A stretch of 63,724 nt of DNA, filler included, from Candidatus Zapsychrus exili (GCA_030765585.1; 5 parts of 5 records of this genome joined end to end with filler, not necessarily neighbours in it); one strand, 5' to 3'; positions 9,703 to 20,257 are shown, numbered from the whole stretch's first letter. Numbers and translations: made by a program. Notes: generated by a model not told the origin, from the sequence alone.

Positions 9703-11682
9703 ATGAAGAAGTTATTAATTATCTTCGTAGCGCTAATATTATCAGCAAGCTTCTGTTTAGAGGTAAAGGCAGGCTATGGAGAAGATTTGGGTAAAATTGT
9801 TGTAACAGCTACAAGAATAGCGCAAAGCGACTATAAAATCTCATCAGATGTTACAGTTATTACAAGAGAGCAGATTGAAGCTTCAAATGCTCAAAGTGTT
9901 CCAGAAGTGTTAGAGGGGGCAGTAGGGCTTTTTGTTTATGATAAAAGCACAACGAAGTCATCTGTATTAGATATTAGAGGTTTTGGGGATACGGCAAAAA
10001 TGAATACTCTTGTGCTTGTAAATGATAGGAGGGTAAATTCTATTGACCTCTCAGGTCCTGATCTTATGCAGATACCTTTAGAAGAAGTTGAAAGAATAGA
10101 AATTATAAGAGGAGCTGGCTCAGTTCTTTATGGGGATAATGCTGTTGGTGGCGTTGTAAATATTATAACTAAAAAAGGTGAAGGAGAATTATCAGGTAAG
10201 ATAGGATCTACTTTTGGCAGTTATGATACTCAAGGGTCGGATATTGAGCTTTCTGGAGAGTATAATGATGTATCTTATTTTCTTTATTCTAAATATTTAG
10301 ATGAAAGAGGATATAGGCAAAATAGCGATGTGTTGTCAAAAGATTTTAATGCACGCTTGGGATATGAAGTATCAGATAAAGTATCTGTAGATTTTAATTT
10401 TGGAGCACACAGAGATAATGCTGACCTTCCTGGAGGTTTGGATGAATCAGAGTTAGCGTCTTTAGGAAGAAGAGGCGCAGCAGATACAAGCAATATAACA
10501 ACGACAGATGATAAATTTTATCAATTAGGTCTTGATATCAATCCTTGGCCAGAAGATTTATATTTTGGAGATTTTGTTATTGATTTGCATTACAGAGACA
10601 AGGAAGTTTTTGAGTCTTTTGGGGGGTATGATGCAGATAGAAATATAATCACAAAAGGCATAACTGCAAAATATATATTTGATAAAACGCTTTTTGATCG
10701 TGAAGTTAATTTTGTAACAGGTATTGATTATTATGAAACTCAAAATGATATTGTCGGAAGCGGAACAAATACAGACGATCTTACAATATCAAAAGATGAG
10801 CTTGGAATATATGGATTCTTACAATATGAGTTATTTGAGAATATGTTTGTAAATGGAGGTACTCGTTATCATAGGGCAGGTTATGCTTTTAGTAAGCATG
10901 ACACTTTCTCCGACGAAGAGAAAGATCCTGATGAGTGGGTTTCTATGGGAGGGCTTAAGTATGAATATGGAAAAGGATCTAATGTTTATGCAAGCGTTCA
11001 GCAAACTTTTAGATTTCTTGCAACCGATGAATGGTACAGCACCTGGTCTGGACTAAATACAGACTTAAAACAACAGACAGGCATTCAATATGAGGTAGGG
11101 GTAAAGCATAATGTTGATGATATTGTTTTGTTGAGTGTGACTCCTTATTGGATAGAGAATAAAGATGAAATTTATTATAATTCAAGCACTTGGACTAATA
11201 CTAATTATGATAAAACAAGAAGGACAGGTGTTGAAGCAGGTGCAAACCTAGATGTTTTGGAAGTGGTCGATGTTGATTTTCTTGATAAGTTAAACCTTTA
11301 TACAAACTATACTTTTCAAAGGCCTATATTTAAAGACGGCACAAATGATGGAAATCATATTCCAATGGTACCAAGACATCAAATTACAGCTGGCTTAACG
11401 ACAGAGTTCTTAGATAATTATGGCTTGTCTCTTATTGGAAAATATGTTGGCTCACGCTATATTATAAATGATATTGCAAATGAAATGCCACGTGCAAAAC
11501 CATATTGTGTTTTAGATGCAAAGTTAGCATACAAGAAAAAGAACATGGAAGTGTATGTAGGCGTAAACAATATATTTGATAAGTTATATTCTCCTTATCA
11601 AATAAAGAAGACAGCTACTACGAGAGACTATTATCCAGCGCAGACAAGAAACTATAATTTTGGAGTTGATATTAAGTTTTAA
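9703..11682 (+). CDS. btuB: TonB-dependent receptor, BtuB-like cobalamin transporter
   Basis: Signal peptide MKKLLIIF after AAGGA SD, TonB box IVVTATR, plug ERIEIIRGAGSVLYG..AVGGVVNIITK, C-terminal Phe; downstream of B12 riboswitch. Confidence 0.85.
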   Translation: MKKLLIIFVALILSASFCLEVKAGYGEDLGKIVVTATRIAQSDYKISSDVTVITREQIEASNAQSVPEVLEGAVGLFVYDKSTTKSSVLDIRGFGDTAKMNTLVLVNDRRVNSIDLSGPDLMQIPLEEVERIEIIRGAGSVLYGDNAVGGVVNIITKKGEGELSGKIGSTFGSYDTQGSDIELSGEYNDVSYFLYSKYLDERGYRQNSDVLSKDFNARLGYEVSDKVSVDFNFGAHRDNADLPGGLDESELASLGRRGAADTSNITTTDDKFYQLGLDINPWPEDLYFGDFVIDLHYRDKEVFESFGGYDADRNIITKGITAKYIFDKTLFDREVNFVTGIDYYETQNDIVGSGTNTDDLTISKDELGIYGFLQYELFENMFVNGGTRYHRAGYAFSKHDTFSDEEKDPDEWVSMGGLKYEYGKGSNVYASVQQTFRFLATDEWYSTWSGLNTDLKQQTGIQYEVGVKHNVDDIVLLSVTPYWIENKDEIYYNSSTWTNTNYDKTRRTGVEAGANLDVLEVVDVDFLDKLNLYTNYTFQRPIFKDGTNDGNHIPMVPRHQITAGLTTEFLDNYGLSLIGKYVGSRYIINDIANEMPRAKPYCVLDAKLAYKKKNMEVYVGVNNIFDKLYSPYQIKKTATTRDYYPAQTRNYNFGVDIKF

Positions 11683-11725
11683 TTAAGCTGTAAAACTGTG
11701 TGAACAGTTAGGTTGTGTTTTATTC

Positions 11726-11760
11726 AAGGGATATATATTTATTAATATATATCCCTTTTT
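11726..11760. terminator. Hairpin terminator between convergent genes
   Basis: AAGGGATATATAT-loop-ATATATATCCCTTTTT. Confidence 0.6.
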
Positions 11761-12209
11761 ATTTGTATAGGTCGTGATCACAGCTTGGACCATATAAATC
11801 GTTTTTGCAGGAACGAGCGTATGAGTCTTGAGGAGAAAGTGCCTGGTATTTTAATTCTTGAATTGCTTGTATACTTAGTAAAAGTAGTGCGGCAATATAA
11901 AGCCAAATGCGTATATTAAAAGAAACATTCTTTATAAGCTTTGTGATCCAGAATATGAAGAGTCCAAATCCGATATAAATGGAAGGCATGAAATGTCTTT
12001 GCCACATAAATGGGTGGAAAAAGAAATGGCCGATAAAATGAACTCCTATAACACAGGAAAGTAAAATACTTATAAGAATTTCTCTGCTAGAGGCAGAAAT
12101 AATTTTTTTTCGATTTAATAGTATTCCTCCGAAAGTTATTCCGATAGCTCCAAGAGAAAATAGTAAGTTTTTAATTTTTGTTCCTAAGGTGTATCTAGTC
12201 CACTCCATA
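11759..12209 (-). CDS. Polytopic membrane protein, C-terminal fragment (5' end lost at contig edge); possibly GT-C-like
   Basis: Several hydrophobic helices, WQRHFMP motif; frame runs into N spacer. Confidence 0.5.
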
Positions 12210-12309
12210 NNNNNNNNNNNNNNNNNNNNNNNNNNNNNNNNNNNNNNNNNNNNTTAATTAATTAANNNNNNNNNNNNNNNNNNNNNNNNNNNNNNNNNNN
12301 NNNNNNNNN
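12210..12309. other. Artificial contig spacer
   Basis: N44-TTAATTAATTAA-N44 (stops in all six frames). Confidence 0.97.
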
Positions 12310-12641
12310 AGAGTATCCCCGTAAGAAATAAAAAAAGTGTTTTCCACTTCATCTCTAATTTTCCATAAACGCTTTAACATGCTAGCTTTCTCGCCAGCAT
12401 CGGAAAAAGATATTTTTACACCTCTAGAAGGCTTGCTGTAATATTGACGTATTTTTTCTCCCTTATATCCCACACATAAAAGAATCCTTGAGAAACCATT
12501 CTTCTTGTAAAAATCAATAACATAATCCAAGATTGGCTTTCCATTTAACTCAATAAGTGGTTTAGGTATCTCGTTAGTTGCTGGTTTAAGTCGAGTTCCC
12601 CTTCCTCCGCATAATATAACAACTTGTGCCTTGTTTTTCAT
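12310..12641 (-). CDS. Sugar-phosphate nucleotidyltransferase (3' truncated)
   Basis: ILCGGRGTRL, PKPL, SYGD. Confidence 0.88.
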
Positions 12642-13600
12642 GATAATGAACTTTCTTGAATAATATAATTAGGACGTTTTTTAACTTCGTCATAAACTCT
12701 GCCTAAATACTCGCCTAAAAGTCCAATCCCTAAAAGCTGAATTCCTCCTAAAAATGCCATGCCAAATATTAACGATGTCCATCCTGAAGGAAGAATCGAT
12801 TGAGACCAACCCGTACTTACAGCAACTTTTAAAACAATATAATAAAAACCATAACAAAAAGAAAACATTGATACTAATAATCCTACTAATGTAAAAAATC
12901 GTAAAGGCACAATCGAAAAAGAAAATATACCGTCAATTGTAAGACGAAATAACTGCTTTAAAGAAAACTTAGACTTTCCTGCTGAGCGAGCAATAACATC
13001 ATAAGGCAAGCCTACCTGGCTAAATCCAACCCAACACACCAACCCGCGCAAAAATTTATTTCTCTCCGGGAGAGATGATATAACATTAACAACTTTACGA
13101 TCCAACAATCTAAAGTCCGAATGTCCTTTAAGCTCAATACCTGTAATCCAATTCATTAATCGATAAAATGCCTTGTCAGCAAAACGACGAACAAACGAAA
13201 TATTAGCCTTATTACGTTTAGTCGTATAGACAATATCAAAACCTCGTCCCCATTCACTTAACATATCTGGAATCATTTCCGGAGGATGTTGAAGATCAGC
13301 ATCCATAGAGATAACAACATCACCTCGACAATTCTGCAAGCCTGCTAAAATAGCTCCTTGATGCCCAAAATTTCTAGAAAAACTTAAATATTGAATACGT
13401 GGATTCTTTGCACGCAAACTCTTAAGTATTTCTAAAGAATTATCTGTACTACCGTTTTCAAGAATCAGCACCTCGTAATCTATGCCAATCAATTCCAATA
13501 CAGAGCACGTCTTTTCACAAAAAAGAGATAATAACAGCTCTTCATTATAAGCAGGAGCAATAACTGAAATACTTTTAGGTTTGCGAATATCGTTTTCCAT
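12638..13600 (-). CDS. GT2 polyprenol-phosphate glycosyltransferase (GtrB/ArnC-like)
   Basis: PAYNEE, NGSTD, SRNFGHQ, MDADLQHPP, two C-terminal TMs, GEYLGR; SD GGGAGG before ATG 13600. Confidence 0.9.
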   Translation of the reverse strand: MENDIRKPKSISVIAPAYNEELLLSLFCEKTCSVLELIGIDYEVLILENGSTDNSLEILKSLRAKNPRIQYLSFSRNFGHQGAILAGLQNCRGDVVISMDADLQHPPEMIPDMLSEWGRGFDIVYTTKRNKANISFVRRFADKAFYRLMNWITGIELKGHSDFRLLDRKVVNVISSLPERNKFLRGLVCWVGFSQVGLPYDVIARSAGKSKFSLKQLFRLTIDGIFSFSIVPLRFFTLVGLLVSMFSFCYGFYYIVLKVAVSTGWSQSILPSGWTSLIFGMAFLGGIQLLGIGLLGEYLGRVYDEVKKRPNYIIQESSLS

Positions 13601-13636
13601 AACACACTGTCCTCCCAATAATATTGTTCTAAAACT

Positions 13637-14623
13637 TCAACAACTAAGTTCCCATAAAGATGATTTAGAACTTTTGTATACTTCCAAATATTTCCTATAC
13701 CAAGAAATAGTTTTCTTAAGCCCTTCCTCTAAAGAAACAGTAGGTTTCCACTTTAATAAATCTAAAGCTTTTTTATTAGCAGCGCGCATTTGCCAAATTT
13801 CTGTAGGACGATAAGGCAAAGCTCCTATCTTTAATTCTGACTTTGACTCAGATTCTTTATGAATAAGAATAATCAAATCTCGTATTGCAATGTCCCTATC
13901 AGATCCAAGATTAATGACATTGCCAATTGATTTTTCAGACTCCGCTGCAAGAATAAAGCCATCTACAAGATTATCAACATAATTAAAGTCTCTAGTCTGT
14001 TTACCTTCTGTAGATTCAATAACTTCACCACGTAAACATTTAATAATTATTTCTGTAATAATAGCTCGCGGACTTTGATAAGGGCCAAATGCATTAAAAG
14101 GTCTTAATATGCTTACCGGCTTATTCATATTACTCATTTTCATTCGACAATATAATTCTCCACCATATTTTCCAACAGCATAAGGGGACACAGGTCGAGG
14201 GAACATTTCCTCTTCAAAGGGAACTTCCGTTTGCTCACCATAGCTCTCAGATGTTGAAATATAAACAAACCTTTCATAGTCGTCATAAGCATCTATAACA
14301 TTTGCTGTACCCTTGATATTACAATCCAAAGCCTCTGAAACATGAAGAAAGCTATCGCCAACATGATTATATGCAGCAAAATGATAAATAATATGTGGCT
14401 TGAAATCTTTAATCTGACGCAAAGAATCTTGATTACGTATATCAGCTTCTATAATGTGCAAAGAATCCCAAACATCCACAAGGCGAATATTGTCAATTAA
14501 ACTATTATACTTTGTGATAATTCCTACCTCTGCGCCCATCTTTACTAGCCGTCTAGTTAAATGAGATGGAATAAAGCCACTACCTCCTGTAATCAACACT
14601 CTTTTTTTAGCAAATTTATTCAT
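13637..14623 (-). CDS. NAD-dependent nucleotide-sugar epimerase/dehydratase
   Basis: TGGSGFI, STSE, YAVGK (YxxxK), RPFNAFGP, TRDFNYV. Confidence 0.9.
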   Translation of the reverse strand: MNKFAKKRVLITGGSGFIPSHLTRRLVKMGAEVGIITKYNSLIDNIRLVDVWDSLHIIEADIRNQDSLRQIKDFKPHIIYHFAAYNHVGDSFLHVSEALDCNIKGTANVIDAYDDYERFVYISTSESYGEQTEVPFEEEMFPRPVSPYAVGKYGGELYCRMKMSNMNKPVSILRPFNAFGPYQSPRAIITEIIIKCLRGEVIESTEGKQTRDFNYVDNLVDGFILAAESEKSIGNVINLGSDRDIAIRDLIILIHKESESKSELKIGALPYRPTEIWQMRAANKKALDLLKWKPTVSLEEGLKKTISWYRKYLEVYKSSKSSLWELSC

Positions 14624-14682
14624 AAGTTGTCCTCTTTCTTAAAAATGAATTATTACCATTATTATTTTTTTATATAACATAC

Positions 14683-15714
14683 TTACTCTGGTACATCATC
14701 CATTGCCCAACGTGAACTTTCAATTGAATAGTCATCTACAATTTTCTCCACTAAAACCTTTAATTCATCAACTGACATTAAATCAACATTGTTATCTGAC
14801 GAATATCTAAAATCTGAAGAGCAAAGCTCTCCCTTATACTTAAGTAAATCTTTCTTAAACATTTCATTGTGCTGAACAATAAAACACTCGCTAAATTTCA
14901 CTGTATTTCTAGCTTCATCTTCGCTTATTAAAACTTCATGAACTTTTTCACCTGGTCTTATGCCCACGACTTCTTGTTTACATTCAGGACCTATTGCTTT
15001 TGCTAAATCAGTAATTTTCATAGAAGGTATCCTTGGAACAAATATTTCCCCACCTTTTGATCTATCTAAAGAAGCAATAACAAAATGAACCGCTTGATCT
15101 AAAGTAATCCAAAATCTGCTCATTCTATCGTCTGTTATTGGTAAAACTCCTGTCTTAACTCTTTCCTGAAAGAATGGTATCACAGATCCTCTAGATCCCA
15201 AAACATTTCCATATCTAACAACAGCAAACTTTGTTCTATCGCCATGAATAGCTGTATTAGCTGCGACAAAAAGCTTATCTGAACAAAGTTTTGTAGCTCC
15301 ATATAAATTAACTGGATTACATGCCTTATCAGTAGATAGCGCAATAACTTTCTTAACATTATTTGATATTGCAGCATCAATAATATTAATTGCCCCTACA
15401 ATATTTGTTTTAATATACTCGACTGGGTTTCTCTCCGCTGCTGGAACTTGCTTTAAAGCTGCAGCATGAATAATATAATCAACACCCTCAAAAACTCTAT
15501 TTAGCCTATCCTTATCTCTTACATCACCTAACACATATTCAAGGCAAGGATATTTGTTAGGATTCCACTTCTGCCCCATCTCAAATTGTTTTAGTTCATC
15601 GCGACTAAAAATTATTAAACGCTTTGGCTTACAGTTAGTCAAAACAATTTGAATCATTTTCTTACCAAAAGACCCTCTCCCCCCTGTTATTAATATTGTT
15701 TTATTATTTAGCTT
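14683..15714 (-). CDS. pseB: UDP-N-acetylglucosamine 4,6-dehydratase (inverting); canonical start apparently missing (AAG)
   Basis: FSRDELKQ, HAAALKQVP, STDKA, YGATK, RYGNVLGSRGSV; frame continues upstream of ORF-track start as KLNNKTILITGGRGSFGKK. Confidence 0.85.
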   Translation of the reverse strand, partial: KLNNKTILITGGRGSFGKKMIQIVLTNCKPKRLIIFSRDELKQFEMGQKWNPNKYPCLEYVLGDVRDKDRLNRVFEGVDYIIHAAALKQVPAAERNPVEYIKTNIVGAINIIDAAISNNVKKVIALSTDKACNPVNLYGATKLCSDKLFVAANTAIHGDRTKFAVVRYGNVLGSRGSVIPFFQERVKTGVLPITDDRMSRFWITLDQAVHFVIASLDRSKGGEIFVPRIPSMKITDLAKAIGPECKQEVVGIRPGEKVHEVLISEDEARNTVKFSECFIVQHNEMFKKDLLKYKGELCSSDFRYSSDNNVDLMSVDELKVLVEKIVDDYSIESSRWAMDDVPE

Positions 15715-15810
15715 TTTAATAGCTCCTATATTGTTTATAAATTATTAACACTACTCATACTTTCGAATATTTTTTATCATTGAAAACATAAAGAATGTAC
15801 GCTTGTTTTC

Positions 15811-16260
15811 CTAATATCCATTCTTAGTAGATTCTAAAAAATTATTGTCATTAGCAAGCTCGCCAATAAAATCTACAATATGATTAGCAATTGTTTGATC
15901 CACGTTTACACCTTCCTTACAAATTAAAAGAACCCCATCTATTTTTTCTTTACATAAATCATCAATATGCTCTAAATGGCATTCTTTTAGACCCTCATCT
16001 TTAAAAGCAATATCAATAAGCATAGAAAAATCTGACTTACCTAAAACGAAAAAATTCTTTTCTCCTTTTTCATACAAGGGAATAACAATATCTATAATCT
16101 TTTTCTTTATAAACCCTATAGAATTAATAGTTTTAAGAGCATATTTAACGGACTTCTGCATTTTTTCTGCAAAACCCCTTGGGGTAAGTAAATATCGAAT
16201 TTTTCGCTTATTAAGTTGTCTTATGCGAATATATCCCTTGGAAACAAGCCTGCGGATAAG
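15811..16260 (-). CDS. EPS-associated MarR-like winged-helix regulator (5' truncated)
   Basis: Frame extends to spacer: LIRRLVSKGYIRIRQLNKRKIRYLLTPRGFAEK; precedes polysaccharide genes. Confidence 0.75.
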   Translation of the reverse strand, partial: LIRRLVSKGYIRIRQLNKRKIRYLLTPRGFAEKMQKSVKYALKTINSIGFIKKKIIDIVIPLYEKGEKNFFVLGKSDFSMLIDIAFKDEGLKECHLEHIDDLCKEKIDGVLLICKEGVNVDQTIANHIVDFIGELANDNNFLESTKNGY

Positions 16261-16360
16261 NNNNNNNNNNNNNNNNNNNNNNNNNNNNNNNNNNNNNNNN
16301 NNNNTTAATTAATTAANNNNNNNNNNNNNNNNNNNNNNNNNNNNNNNNNNNNNNNNNNNN
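16261..16360. other. Artificial contig spacer
   Basis: N44-TTAATTAATTAA-N44. Confidence 0.97.
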
Positions 16361-17372
16361 AAATTTCTTGCTGCCTACTATCAGATCTTCTTGAACTTCT
16401 CATAAGCTGTAAATAATCAAGAACAATCATCTGTACGCCATAATTTGCCTTAAGCCTTCTAGCTTTTGCACGAAGCTCTAATGCAGATATAGCCGGCGTG
16501 TCATCAATAAAAATTTTAGACTCTGATAATTTTCCTGCAGCAGCTGTGAGCTTGGGCCAGTCTGACGGTGACAAAAACCCAGACCTTACCTTATGCGCAT
16601 CAACGCGCGCTTGCGAACATAGCATTCTTTGCACAAGTTGTTCCTTTGACATTTCTAAACTAAAAATTCCAACTGGAATCTTGCTCTCTATTCCTATGTT
16701 CTCTGCAATAGAAACAGCCAAAGAACTTTTTCCCATAGATGGACGTCCAGCTAAAATAATTAAGTCTGCCTTTTGAAGACCAGAGGTCATGCTGTCAAGT
16801 TTAGTAAATCCGGTTGGAACACCAGTAACATGCTCTTTTCTTTGATACAAACGATCTAAGTTTTCTATACTGTCTTTAATTAAATCTCTAATATGAAAAG
16901 ATTTTTGTTTTTGTTTTAAATCTGCTACCTCAAAGATTAATTTCTCAGCACCGTCAACAACCTCTTCAACATTGCCCTTAGCATCATAACTCTCAGAAAT
17001 AATATTTGTTGCGCTCTTGATAAGCTTACGTAGAATACCTTTTTCTTTAACAATCTGAACATAGTGCTCAACATTCGCGCTTGTTGGCACAAAATCCATC
17101 AAAACAGAAAGATAAGTTACTCCTCCAATTTGTTCTAATGTACCATTGCTTTTAAGTTTGTCGGAAAGGGTGACTAAATCTACATTCTTTCGATCGTTAT
17201 AAAGCTCAACAACAGCTTCATAGATACTTTGGTGGGACAGGTCATAGAACCAATCCTTATCTAGAGATTCTACCGCTGATCCAATAGCCTCTTCATCAAT
17301 AAGCATAGACCCTAACACAGACTTTTCGGCCTCAATATTTTGTGGAGGGACTCTTATTTCTTCGTGACCCAT
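16361..17372 (-). CDS. dnaB: Replicative DNA helicase (3' truncated)
   Basis: PPQNIEAEKSVLG, GRPSMGKS, FSLEM, DYLQLM. Confidence 0.96.
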
Positions 17373-17797
17373 AGTCTTATCTTTGCAGTCACACCATCGT
17401 AAAGTTTAATTCCTATCTCAAAAATTCCTAATTCTTCGATTGGTTTCTCCACTATGATGTCTTTTCTGTCAATAGTAAAACCTTCAACCTCTATGGCTTT
17501 AACTATTTCATTTTCTGTTACTGCTCCGTAAAGTTTATCTAAATCATTTACTTCAACATTGACCGTACAAGATACTTTATTTAATTGCTCTGCTAACTTT
17601 AAAGCTGCTTGTTTTCCTTGTTCATATTCTTCTTTACGTTTCTTTTCTAATTGTTCTATTCGTCTTAGGTTTACTGGTGTTGCAACATAGGCCATTTTTT
17701 TTGGTATTAAATAATTTCTTGCATAACCATCTTTAACCTTTATAACTTCACCAACTTTTCCTAAACTTTGAATATCCTCAGATAAAATAACTTCCAT
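17354..17797 (-). CDS. rplI: 50S ribosomal protein L9
   Basis: LGKVGEVIKVKDGYARNYLIP, KLYGAVT. Confidence 0.96.
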   Translation of the reverse strand: MEVILSEDIQSLGKVGEVIKVKDGYARNYLIPKKMAYVATPVNLRRIEQLEKKRKEEYEQGKQAALKLAEQLNKVSCTVNVEVNDLDKLYGAVTENEIVKAIEVEGFTIDRKDIIVEKPIEELGIFEIGIKLYDGVTAKIRLWVTKK

Positions 17798-17868
17798 ACC
17801 ACATCTCCTCTATAAATTCGTATGAACAGTCTATAAGCCATCCACACTTTTACTTAAAATATAAAAAA

Positions 17869-18129
17869 TTATTTATCGTATCCGCCAACAGGCAATAAAG
17901 CTAAAAATCTTGCATTCTTTATTGAAGCACTTATATTTCTTTGCTCTTTGGCTGTTACGCCTGAAATTCTACGTGGAACAATTTTCCCTCGATCATTAAC
18001 AAACTTTAGCAATAAACTAAAATTCTTATAATCAACAACTGTACCTTCAGGAATTTGAAACCTTGTTAAATTTCTTTGGCGAAATACTTTTTTTCTAGGT
18101 GTTCTTTTTTTAACAATTCTTCTTGGCAA
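17869..18129 (-). CDS. rpsR: 30S ribosomal protein S18
   Basis: VDYKN, RGKIVPRRISG, IKNARFLALLP; TTG start after GGAGGAG. Confidence 0.95.
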   Translation of the reverse strand: MPRRIVKKRTPRKKVFRQRNLTRFQIPEGTVVDYKNFSLLLKFVNDRGKIVPRRISGVTAKEQRNISASIKNARFLALLPVGGYDK

Positions 18130-18146
18130 TTTACTCCTCCTTGAAT

Positions 18147-18587
18147 TTATTCATCCCAAGCAATATCTTCTGGCTTGATAGCTTCTGGTTCTGGTTGTTT
18201 CTCTACAGTATCGGCAGCAACTGCTGCTGTGTCTTCACTTTTTTCTTTTGCTCCGCTATAAGAACCTAAAAATTGTACTCTTTCAGCTCTTACATCAATA
18301 GCACTTCTTTTTTGTCCATCACTTGTTTCCCAAAATCTTGACTGTAAAACTCCTTCAACAAAAACTGGTCTACCTTTATGAAGATACTGACAACATGCCT
18401 CAGCTTGTTTATCCCAAACAGTCACTGTAAGAAAACATACTTCTTCTTTTAATTCTCCCGTACTATCCTTAAACTTCCTATTAACCGCTATCCCTAAGTT
18501 AGCTACAGCTGTTCCACCTGGTGTGTAACGCAACTCTGGATCTCTAGTCAAATTTCCGATTAAAAATACTTTGTTTAAATTCGCCAT
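18147..18587 (-). CDS. ssb: Single-stranded DNA-binding protein
   Basis: NKVFLIGNLTRDPELRYT OB fold; rpsF-ssb-rpsR order. Confidence 0.96.
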   Translation of the reverse strand: MANLNKVFLIGNLTRDPELRYTPGGTAVANLGIAVNRKFKDSTGELKEEVCFLTVTVWDKQAEACCQYLHKGRPVFVEGVLQSRFWETSDGQKRSAIDVRAERVQFLGSYSGAKEKSEDTAAVAADTVEKQPEPEAIKPEDIAWDE

Positions 18588-18658
18588 TTCGTCCTCCTTA
18601 CAAACAAACGCTTGTAGTTAATAAATAATTTCTTTGCTTTTTACAGGAAACGTCTTCT

Positions 18659-18970
18659 TTATGAATTTTCCTGTATCATGACAACAAAGCGTAATATCTT
18701 TTCGTTTAGTCTTAAAATTGATCTTATCTTAGCTATAGCAGAACGTTGAGCCGAAAAATTAATCAAATAATATGTTCCTTCAAGACATTTCTTAATCTTG
18801 GCAGTGAACTTTTGCTTTTCAAGCCATACTTCATTATTAATAATTTTCCCGCCTACCTTGTCAATAGTGTCAGTGACTTCCTGTAAGATAGACTGCTTTG
18901 CTTCATTTGTTAATTTTGCATCAACAATAACTACTAATTCATACTTTTTTTCTAATTCAGTTTTAACCAT
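18659..18970 (-). CDS. rpsF: 30S ribosomal protein S6
   Basis: YELVVIVD, IKK..EGTYYLINF, LRLNEKILR; synteny. Confidence 0.9.
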   Translation of the reverse strand: MVKTELEKKYELVVIVDAKLTNEAKQSILQEVTDTIDKVGGKIINNEVWLEKQKFTAKIKKCLEGTYYLINFSAQRSAIAKIRSILRLNEKILRFVVMIQENS

Positions 18971-19550
18971 TTCCCTTCCTTCTGTTATAAAGTTCCATCG
19001 CTTTTTCTGATCCCTCTTTTAACCAGACAAGACAACACTCTGTTGCCTCTTCGATAAAAATTTCTAAGGTCTCTTTTTCTTTCTTATTAAATTCTTCTAA
19101 TACATAATCTGCTGTATCTTTTTTCCCATTTGGACTACCTATTCCAAGACGTAACCTAGAAAACTCATCAGTTTCTAATAAATAGATAACTGAACTTAGT
19201 CCATTATGTCCTCCGTCGCTCCCTTTTGTTCTTAATCGAATTTGTTCAAAATCCAAATTAAAATCATCGCATACAATAAGAACATTTTTCAAGGCAATAT
19301 CTCTTTTCTCAATCACTTTCTTTACAGCTGATCCAGAATTGTTCATATAAGTTAATGGTAAAAGAAAATCAACTGCAACACCATCAATCTCTGCCTCTGT
19401 TTCAAATCCTTTTGTTAAAGAGCTTAACTTAAATTCAGCATTAATTTTCTTTGCTAAATTCTGTACAACAAGAAATCCTAGATTATGTCGAGTATATTCA
19501 TAATCTTTACCAGGATTCCCAAGTCCGACAATAAGTCTAAATTCTGACAT
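18963..19550 (-). CDS. pth: Peptidyl-tRNA hydrolase
   Basis: LIVGLGNPG, TRHNLGF, TYMNNSG, GGHNGL. Confidence 0.96.
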   Translation of the reverse strand: MSEFRLIVGLGNPGKDYEYTRHNLGFLVVQNLAKKINAEFKLSSLTKGFETEAEIDGVAVDFLLPLTYMNNSGSAVKKVIEKRDIALKNVLIVCDDFNLDFEQIRLRTKGSDGGHNGLSSVIYLLETDEFSRLRLGIGSPNGKKDTADYVLEEFNKKEKETLEIFIEEATECCLVWLKEGSEKAMELYNRRKGNG

Positions 19551-19558
19551 TATTAAAA

Positions 19559-20245
19559 TTATTCTTTAGGAGAAGCTTCTTTATCCGCAGCTTCTTCTTT
19601 TTCTTTCTTATCTTTTATAACTTCAGGCTCTACAGACTCTTCTTCGCCTTCAGCAGGTATATCTTCTTCCTCTTTCGCAGGAGAAAGAACAGAAAATAAA
19701 ATCGATTCTAAATCATGATTTGTTTTAACATTTTCAGGTAAAACTATATCTTTCAAATGAATCGCATCACCTATTTCAAGTTCGCTAACATCGACTTCTA
19801 TTTGTAGAGGTATCTTCGTAGGCAAGCATATAACATCTAGCTCCCAAAGAGTATGATCTAATATTCCGCCATCCTGCTTAACTCCAATAGCTTCTCCCTT
19901 GCTCACAACAGCAACCTTTACCTCAATTTCTTTTGTTAAAGATATGCGATTAAAATCTATATGAAGAAGTTTGTCTGACACAGGATCAAGCTGTTCTTCT
20001 TTAACTATCGCAGAATAACTTCTTAACTCCTTATCTCCTTCAAGTACACTAATATAAAAAACAACATTTTGTCCTTTATTGGCTCTCATTATTTTTTCAT
20101 ATTCTCTTTTATCTACTTTTATAGAAGTAGGTGCCTTCTTTTCTCCATATACTATTGCGGGAATAGAACCTCCGTCCCTAATTTGTTTTGCTTTCCTGCT
20201 TCCAGATTCACTTCTAACTTGTACTTCTAATTTTGTCTCTTCCAT
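19559..20245 (-). CDS. rplY: 50S ribosomal protein L25/Ctc
   Basis: IPAIVYG, LLHIDF, GVKQDGG, acidic tail. Confidence 0.94.
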   Translation of the reverse strand: MEETKLEVQVRSESGSRKAKQIRDGGSIPAIVYGEKKAPTSIKVDKREYEKIMRANKGQNVVFYISVLEGDKELRSYSAIVKEEQLDPVSDKLLHIDFNRISLTKEIEVKVAVVSKGEAIGVKQDGGILDHTLWELDVICLPTKIPLQIEVDVSELEIGDAIHLKDIVLPENVKTNHDLESILFSVLSPAKEEEDIPAEGEEESVEPEVIKDKKEKEEAADKEASPKE

Positions 20246-20257
20246 TTTTCTTCCTCT

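Noticed and set aside
12210..12309. Four identical TTAATTAATTAA motifs in N runs as a biological repeat
   Set aside because: Fixed 100-bp six-frame-stop spacers joining contigs (also 16261, 44023, 56583); genes ending there are truncated, not pseudogenes
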